Below are positions 59,464 through 64,000 of a stretch of DNA of 64,000 nt, one piece after another. Made by a program: the position numbers and the translations under genes. The notes beneath the pieces are model-generated. The model was given only the letters and a program-made list of their open reading frames with translations. It searched no databases and was not told the DNA's origin. Source of the stretch: Verrucomicrobiales bacterium (GTDB lineage Bacteria; Verrucomicrobiota; Verrucomicrobiia; Limisphaerales; JAQGOY01); the NCBI GenBank assembly GCA_028293375.1, contig JAQGOY010000244.1, positions 3,927 through 67,926 on the forward strand, in the 5' to 3' direction. Each line of letters begins with the position of its first letter. Within the stretch, counting starts at the first letter, position 1.

Positions 59464-60264
59464 TCACTGCAAAGGCGTTTTAAGCAGTCCAGAAACTGTC
59501 TGATTCTTCTCCTCGCCCAACTCCCGCAACCCCAACTCTATTTCGTGTTGATCTTCTCGGTAGTTCCGGGTCCGAAAAACCCGATCCCAGACCGACAGCA
59601 GCGAAGAATAATTAGAATCTGTTTCCGACCTCACCCGCGAATGATGCACCCGATGAATATCCGGCGTCACAATCAGCACAGCCAGGAATTTGTCCAACGC
59701 ACCCAACGAAATATTCGAGTGATGAAACTGCACCACGCAGAATAGCAACGTCTCATAGAGCAGAATGGCGTTGAACTTTGGTCCCAGCAGAAAAATCAAA
59801 CCAACCCTCAACACCGCCGCCATTGCAATTTCCCCAAAATGAAACCGGAAAGCGGATGTTGCATCCATCTCCCGATCCGAATGATGGGTCCGATGAAACC
59901 GCCAAAGAAACCGAGACCAATGATTCGCCCAATGCCATCCATAAAGCACAAGATCGAAAATCACGATGGTTAAAATCGCCTGGGCCACGGAAGAGAGATG
60001 AATCCATTGAAACAAACCCAATTCGTGAGACTGCGCAAATCCCACCACTTTCTGAGAAACGAGAGCCAATGAAAATCCAACCAGCATTGAATTAATCAAA
60101 CCCAAAGAAAGATTCCGCAAAGCATGACGAACGCGAAAGCGGGCCGAAGGAAAATGATGGAAAAAGGGCCGCGCCGTCTCCCACGAAATCAAGACAGCCA
60201 AAACCAAAATAGAAGCGAACTCTTTCAATACAAAGATCGTAGCACCGTTCCAATCGAATCCCAA
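59464..60264 (-). CDS. Fatty acid hydroxylase / sterol desaturase family membrane protein
   Basis: Three His boxes (HWANHW, FHRTHHSD, HRVHHS) in a 4-TM protein. The 5' end is uncertain: the track start is TTG at 60264 and overlaps the dispersed repeat at 60256-60302. Confidence 0.8.
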   Translation of the reverse strand: MGFDWNGATIFVLKEFASILVLAVLISWETARPFFHHFPSARFRVRHALRNLSLGLINSMLVGFSLALVSQKVVGFAQSHELGLFQWIHLSSVAQAILTIVIFDLVLYGWHWANHWSRFLWRFHRTHHSDREMDATSAFRFHFGEIAMAAVLRVGLIFLLGPKFNAILLYETLLFCVVQFHHSNISLGALDKFLAVLIVTPDIHRVHHSRVRSETDSNYSSLLSVWDRVFRTRNYREDQHEIELGLRELGEEKNQTVSGLLKTPLQ

Positions 60265-60302
60265 CGGGATTCAAAACCCAAAGCCCAGCGATTGACGCGA
60301 AG
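60256..60302 (+). repeat. Copy 1 of a 47-bp dispersed repeat with an AATCCCAACGGGATT hairpin
   Basis: 43/47 identical to 63193-63239. Followed by two further hairpins: ATCCCgaaGGGAT (60316-60328) and CCCATGGT...ACCATGGG (60339-60370). Confidence 0.85.
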
Positions 60303-60370
60303 ATACCGCCCCCTTATCCCGAAGGGATCAGCAACCAGCCCATGGTTGGCGCGAAGCTGCCTACCATGGG

Positions 60371-60541
60371 TTAACCATCCAGCGCGACGCGCTCTCGACG
60401 ACGATTCTGCAGAATCGTCGCAATCTCGGTGTCAGGTGCCCACTCAAAATGTAATACCATTTCCACCGCGTCGAAAAACGCGGGCGGAAATCCATCTGCA
60501 CTCTGCCAGTTTTCAATCTTACCCGACAAAGCCTGGGACAT
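60371..60541 (-). CDS. Possible 56-aa protein of unknown function
   Basis: Internal ATG of track ORF 60371..60694 (MSQALSGKIENWQSADGFPPAFFDAVEMVLHFEWAPDTEIATILQNRRRERVALDG). AT-rich region upstream and a hairpin directly after the stop. No family recognised. Confidence 0.3.
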   Translation of the reverse strand: MSQALSGKIENWQSADGFPPAFFDAVEMVLHFEWAPDTEIATILQNRRRERVALDG

Positions 60542-60796
60542 CCTTTTTATTACTATTAAACGCAATAAAATTCCTATTATTTTAAAATGCAAGGACGCTG
60601 AGCTCCATCCGGGAAAGGAAAATGCGCTCGCAGTTAATCCTCTAACTACTTGGCTCACACAATTCGGCCACCAATCCAAGCGTAAGAGTTTCACCCATTG
60701 CGGAAATGAAAAGGGCTCTTATCTTTAACTTTCATGCCGACGAGCAGTTGCTTTTGGCATGTTCGTTTCCATTCAACATTCAAAGGAGATATCAAT

Positions 60797-61396
60797 ATGA
60801 AACATACTGTAGATGATGACACCGCCGCCACAGCCACCGCAAATCGACCAAAGACCGGTTCTTCGCCTCGTTCTGGACCAAGTGAGGCGGAAACAAAAGA
60901 GATGCAGAAAAAGGTGGAAGCTGCAGGCACTCCCGGTCCCGAACACAAGGCTCTCGATGTTCTGGTGGGGGATTGGAAAGCGGAAGTCAAATGCTGGATG
61001 GAGCCCGACGGGCCTCCCCATGTAAGTCAGGGCACTTCCAAGGCAAGTTGGATTCTCAACGGCCGTTTCCTGGAGGAAGAATTTCGTGGAGAAATGATGG
61101 GCAAACCTTTCACCGGCCGCACACTCATGGGTTATGACAACATCAAACACACCTTCAACAGTGTCTGGATCAGTGACATGCAGACTTCCATGTTTATAAG
61201 CCAGGGCAAAGGGGAGAACGGCAATAAAACAATCACTTTGGAAGGCAAGGCGGATTGCGCCGCTTCCGGCCAGAAAGACATGCCCATGAAAACTACGCTA
61301 CGGCTGGTCAGCCCCGATAAACATATTTTTGAAATGTACAACGGGGCCAAAGGGGAGAATACAAAGACCATGGAAATCACTTACACTCGCAAGTGA
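60797..61396 (+). CDS. DUF1579-domain protein
   Basis: Start at the ATG at 60797, preceded by AAAGGAG. GPEHKALDVLVGDWKAEVKCW...LNGRFLEEEFRGEMMGKPFTGRTLMGYDN...WISDMQT matches my recollection of DUF1579. Confidence 0.75.
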   Translation: MKHTVDDDTAATATANRPKTGSSPRSGPSEAETKEMQKKVEAAGTPGPEHKALDVLVGDWKAEVKCWMEPDGPPHVSQGTSKASWILNGRFLEEEFRGEMMGKPFTGRTLMGYDNIKHTFNSVWISDMQTSMFISQGKGENGNKTITLEGKADCAASGQKDMPMKTTLRLVSPDKHIFEMYNGAKGENTKTMEITYTRK

Positions 61397-61412
61397 TCAG
61401 GCTAAAATCATT

Positions 61413-61447
61413 GAATGCACAGCGATCTTGATGACCGCTGTGCATTC
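61413..61447 (+). terminator. 12-bp perfect-stem hairpin after the DUF1579 gene
   Basis: GAATGCACAGCG-atcttgatgac-CGCTGTGCATTC, 17 nt after the stop codon. The T-tract is weak. Confidence 0.6.
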
Positions 61448-61599
61448 CTTGCGTTGAAAAGGAGCTCGTGCGGATGAAGGTTCGTTTATCGTCCCGGGTC
61501 ATTTGTAATGGGCTGGGAAGGGTCGATCCTTAGGTTACGGATTGTTAAGTCACAATGGTTCTAACTTTGGCTATCTTCAAACAACTGAAGACGATGCCC

Positions 61600-61980
61600 T
61601 CGTTCCCAAATGAAGTCGTTTGATGGAAAAAGCGGTCCCTCTGTTCCAGGGACTCCCGTGAATCTGAATGCCGTTGGCAACAGACGACTGAAAATTTCAT
61701 CCCCTCCCTGGAAAATACTTCGGCTGTTTTGGCGGCGTCACCCATACCTGTGTCATCGATAATTTGCGCGCCGCAGTCAGCCGGGCCGATTGGTTTGAAC
61801 TGAACTCAACCCCAAGGTCAGTTCCTTCGCCGAGATCACGGGACTGTCATTCTGCCCACGAAGCCCGCCATTCCCACGCACAAGGGCAAGCTACAATCGG
61901 GGAATAGATACGCGCAAAACAATGCGCTTAAAGGCAGGTCTGCCCAGAGTGTTGCCGAACAAAATCGATTTCTCCAGTAG
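61600..61980 (+). pseudogene. IS21-family transposase (IstA) internal fragment, frameshifted and truncated at both ends
   Basis: Three reading frames give consecutive IstA-like pieces: QQTTENFIPSLEN / YFGGVTHTCVIDNLRAAVSRADWFELN / DHGTVILPTKPAIPTHKGKLQSGNRYAQNNALKGRSAQSVAEQNRFLQ*. They are interrupted by stops. No N-terminal HTH, no istB and no inverted repeats were seen. Confidence 0.6.
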
Positions 61981-62099
61981 CAGGCGAGTTTAAGACTTAC
62001 CTTCTTCAGGTGGTGGGCCGGACGGTTGGCTGGAAAAGATCGACCATGTAAACCCCACCCAGTTTTACCAGGAGGTAATTACCGCCACATTTTTGCGAT

Positions 62100-62564
62100 T
62101 TACTCATCAAGTCCTTCGCCATAGCTAAACCGTCGGCATACAACTATCAGGTCACCCGGATCGATTTTAACTTTTAAAAATTGCTCCCATTCAGCATTTT
62201 TGGAAGTTAAAGGGTGAAGTATTGATTGTAATATGCATTCTTTCTTAATAACCCTGATTCTTAGTCCATCTCCAGATCCACCCACAATATTCAATACTGT
62301 CCTAAGAGTGCAGTTGGTTGAGATTGAAATCTCACTTTTCCCTTCCAGCCCAGCGTCAAAGTTACAGACCTTTCTAGTACTCCTATCTTTTACTGACTGA
62401 ACTGAACAGAAAAGTGCTCTTAGATCGCGTTTCGGTTCGAATATCCATTGCCCGGTCGTAATCGCCGATTGTCCCCAATGAACTTCGTTCGTTTCCGACA
62501 ACTGGCCAAAACCTCTGCACGTAAATACCACAACCGTAGCAACCATTAGTAGGTGAGTTTTCAT
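62100..62564 (-). CDS. Hypothetical secreted protein (orphan, AT-rich)
   Basis: 154-aa ORF with signal-like N-terminus MKTHLLMVATVVVFTCRGFG. No family recognised. Confidence 0.5.
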   Translation of the reverse strand: MKTHLLMVATVVVFTCRGFGQLSETNEVHWGQSAITTGQWIFEPKRDLRALFCSVQSVKDRSTRKVCNFDAGLEGKSEISISTNCTLRTVLNIVGGSGDGLRIRVIKKECILQSILHPLTSKNAEWEQFLKVKIDPGDLIVVCRRFSYGEGLDE

Positions 62565-62704
62565 AATTCTTTAATAAATTTAGTCAATGGCCTGGAAAGC
62601 TACGAGTATCATCAGTTAAAGGTTTTCGGTTAAATTTTGCTCGGATCCAATTTAAATTTGTTTTCACGGATAGGGTCTCACCCACTCGCATAACAGTTAG
62701 AATA

Positions 62705-62956
62705 TTAGTCAAATGATTCTGGCTTATACAGTGATGGTAAATTATTATTCTGTTTCCAAAAGATGATCAACCGGCTGCAGGCAGGACATTTATACATATC
62801 ATCGTTTTCAAGGCGGATTACATCAAAAACGTTTTCGAGCACGCTTTGCTCATGCAGAGAGTCCATGGTCTCAGATGAAATTATTTTAAACTCATCGGGG
62901 GACGGATGGATGATTAAGTTTATAATATGCCCACATTTACAAGCAATTTTTGCCAT
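62705..62956 (-). CDS. Hypothetical small zinc-ribbon protein (orphan, AT-rich)
   Basis: 83 aa with CKCGH near the N-terminus and CPAC near the C-terminus. Confidence 0.5.
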   Translation of the reverse strand: MAKIACKCGHIINLIIHPSPDEFKIISSETMDSLHEQSVLENVFDVIRLENDDMYKCPACSRLIIFWKQNNNLPSLYKPESFD

Positions 62957-63192
62957 ATGACTCTCATTTTTGAATAATTATAACGTTGCGAATTCTATCT
63001 GCCTCGTTATTCTGGGCAATCTTGATTATGGTATCGGATACTTCCTCTCAAGTCTTAGCTTGACCCTATGTGTCGGACCACGGAACCCGGTTTTTAGCTC
63101 GCTTTCACCCCCCCCAATGACAGCGTCACCGAAAAGTTGCAACTCCCACACTTCAAAAATCCCCCCATGAACCCACGCGGAGCACTAAACTG

Positions 63193-63239
63193 GAATCCCA
63201 ACGGGATTCAAGGCCCAAAGCCAAGCGGTTGACGCGAAG
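63193..63239 (+). repeat. Copy 2 of the 47-bp dispersed repeat
   Basis: GAATCCCAACGGGATTCAAGGCCCAAAGCCAAGCGGTTGACGCGAAG, 43/47 identical to 60256-60302 and in the same orientation. Confidence 0.85.
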
Positions 63240-63303
63240 CAGTCTAATTTCGAGCTGACCGCATATCCCAATCTCCTTGACACGCGTCCTAATGGGTGAC
63301 CCC

Positions 63304-63834
63304 TTAGATAGATGCTTCAATTCCAAGCGCCGTAAAAACATGATTCACCAATTTATCGTTAATATTTGCAATGGCCTCATTGACTATTATATCTGAAGGC
63401 TTATCAAACGAACTCGGCCCCCAAATGTTTACGTCGGACGAACCAGATCCGTAGCTAGGGCTAAAAAGCTTGATTAAATTCCCCTCAGTATCAGCCAGCC
63501 TCCACCAGTAATCTCGATTGCTAAAAAACGAACCAATCCGATATGTCGCAATTTTTTGAACGTCAATACCCGATTTCCACCCAACCGCCCGCCGAGACTT
63601 TTCTGGCGAATCAGAGATAGTAATCTCGAGCGTGATATCCTCCTTATTCTTCGGCACCAACTCCAAAGACACGAAATAAACGACCCGTCTCGTCTGGAGG
63701 TAATCATCACAGATGTAGTTAGTTCCTCGGGGTCTATTTGGCGTTTCCCTTAGATCGACTGGTTTCAAAAAGGGAAAGTTTCCAGCCCAGTTTGCCTTAA
63801 TCTGGTTCACGAGAATTCTTTGAATGGGTAACAT
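63304..63834 (-). CDS. Hypothetical protein (orphan), tightly coupled to the upstream partial gene
   Basis: 176-aa ORF. Its ATG at 63834 lies 3 nt after the stop (63838-63840) of the preceding minus-strand ORF. Confidence 0.55.
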   Translation of the reverse strand: MLPIQRILVNQIKANWAGNFPFLKPVDLRETPNRPRGTNYICDDYLQTRRVVYFVSLELVPKNKEDITLEITISDSPEKSRRAVGWKSGIDVQKIATYRIGSFFSNRDYWWRLADTEGNLIKLFSPSYGSGSSDVNIWGPSSFDKPSDIIVNEAIANINDKLVNHVFTALGIEASI

Positions 63835-63837
63835 TGG

Positions 63838-64000
63838 TCAAAGCAGGTTCGATAAATATTCGTATAAGCCTTGCACACCATAAACAAAATTAATTTTGGT
63901 AACAGCGCCCCCTCCCTCAGCCAACGCTTTCTCGACTTTATTAACGTTCTCTGGATTTATTAAGCTCCAAACCATTACCTGTGTACTGTTGTTTGCGGCG
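63838..64000 (-). CDS. 3' end of an unknown protein gene (start outside the window; not in the ORF track)
   Basis: The minus strand is stop-free from 64000 to the TGA at 63840-63838: ...AANNSTQVMVWSLINPENVNKVEKALAEGGGAVTKINFVYGVQGLYEYLSNLL*. Confidence 0.4.
   Translation of the reverse strand, partial: AANNSTQVMVWSLINPENVNKVEKALAEGGGAVTKINFVYGVQGLYEYLSNLL

Noticed and set aside
58919-59467. Track ORFs 58919..59119, 59131..59463 and 59237..59467 in the spacer containing the 37-bp repeats
   Set aside because: The peptides are generated by the repeats and hairpin (FTGRKGSSQ.. appears twice). There is no start context, and they overlap each other in different frames.
61980-62099. Possible continuation of the IS21 istA remnant
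   Set aside because: Translations in all three frames no longer resemble the IstA C-terminal region, so I could not support extending the pseudogene.
1-64000. CRISPR arrays, rRNA, tmRNA, RNase P or SRP RNA, intact prophage or integrase, diversity-generating retroelement
   Set aside because: Scanning by eye found no regularly spaced short repeats, no reverse transcriptase or integrase motifs, and no recognisable conserved cores of these RNAs. Absence claims from manual reading are weak.

Overview
This is a 64-kb chromosomal segment of roughly 50% GC. Its gene content looks typical of the PVC superphylum, most likely Verrucomicrobiota. That placement is an inference from several features: a DUF1549/DUF1553 + DUF1501 pair, a giant DUF1080-dehydrogenase-HEAT-LamG-cytochrome c protein, Tat-signal sugar-phosphate isomerase, three ECF sigma factors, and hairpin-bearing intergenic repeats. 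No database search was possible.

I support about 55 protein genes, one tRNA-Pro(CGG), several rho-independent terminators, two dispersed repeat families and one IS21-family transposase remnant. I saw no rRNA, CRISPR array or intact mobile element.

Ordinary content:
- a NitT/TauT-type ABC importer
- LysR plus ferredoxin
- fdhD plus a YdeP/FdhF-like Mo-oxidoreductase plus GH13
- PPi-type phosphofructokinase
- a hybrid histidine kinase and a secreted Zn-metalloprotease
- rnc and rluD
- an MsbA-like exporter
- the thiG-hldA-panB-moaC-mog run
- a MacAB-like efflux operon

Items worth a second look, in order of my interest:
1. An ~0.9-kb islet directly 3' of tRNA-Pro is bounded by a 13-bp duplication of the tRNA 3' end. 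It carries an unlisted 54-aa ORF translationally coupled (TAATG) to a 191-aa DUF3990-like / ART-like protein. This is a candidate undescribed toxin-antitoxin or defence-type module.
2. A membrane-tethered ECF sigma is followed by a His-rich 10-TM protein, an exported protein with a predicted N-terminal His and two HxHP modules, and a ferritin-like protein. This is a candidate envelope metal system.
3. A six-gene MglA/MglB small-GTPase polarity module carries four Roadblock-like domains and a REC-PATAN regulator.
4. The AT-rich right end (61.4-64 kb) holds an IS21 remnant, dispersed repeats and orphan genes.
5. Two perfect 37-bp direct repeats flank a strongly structured 311-bp intergenic segment.

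All family assignments rest on motifs read by eye and on recall, not on searches.
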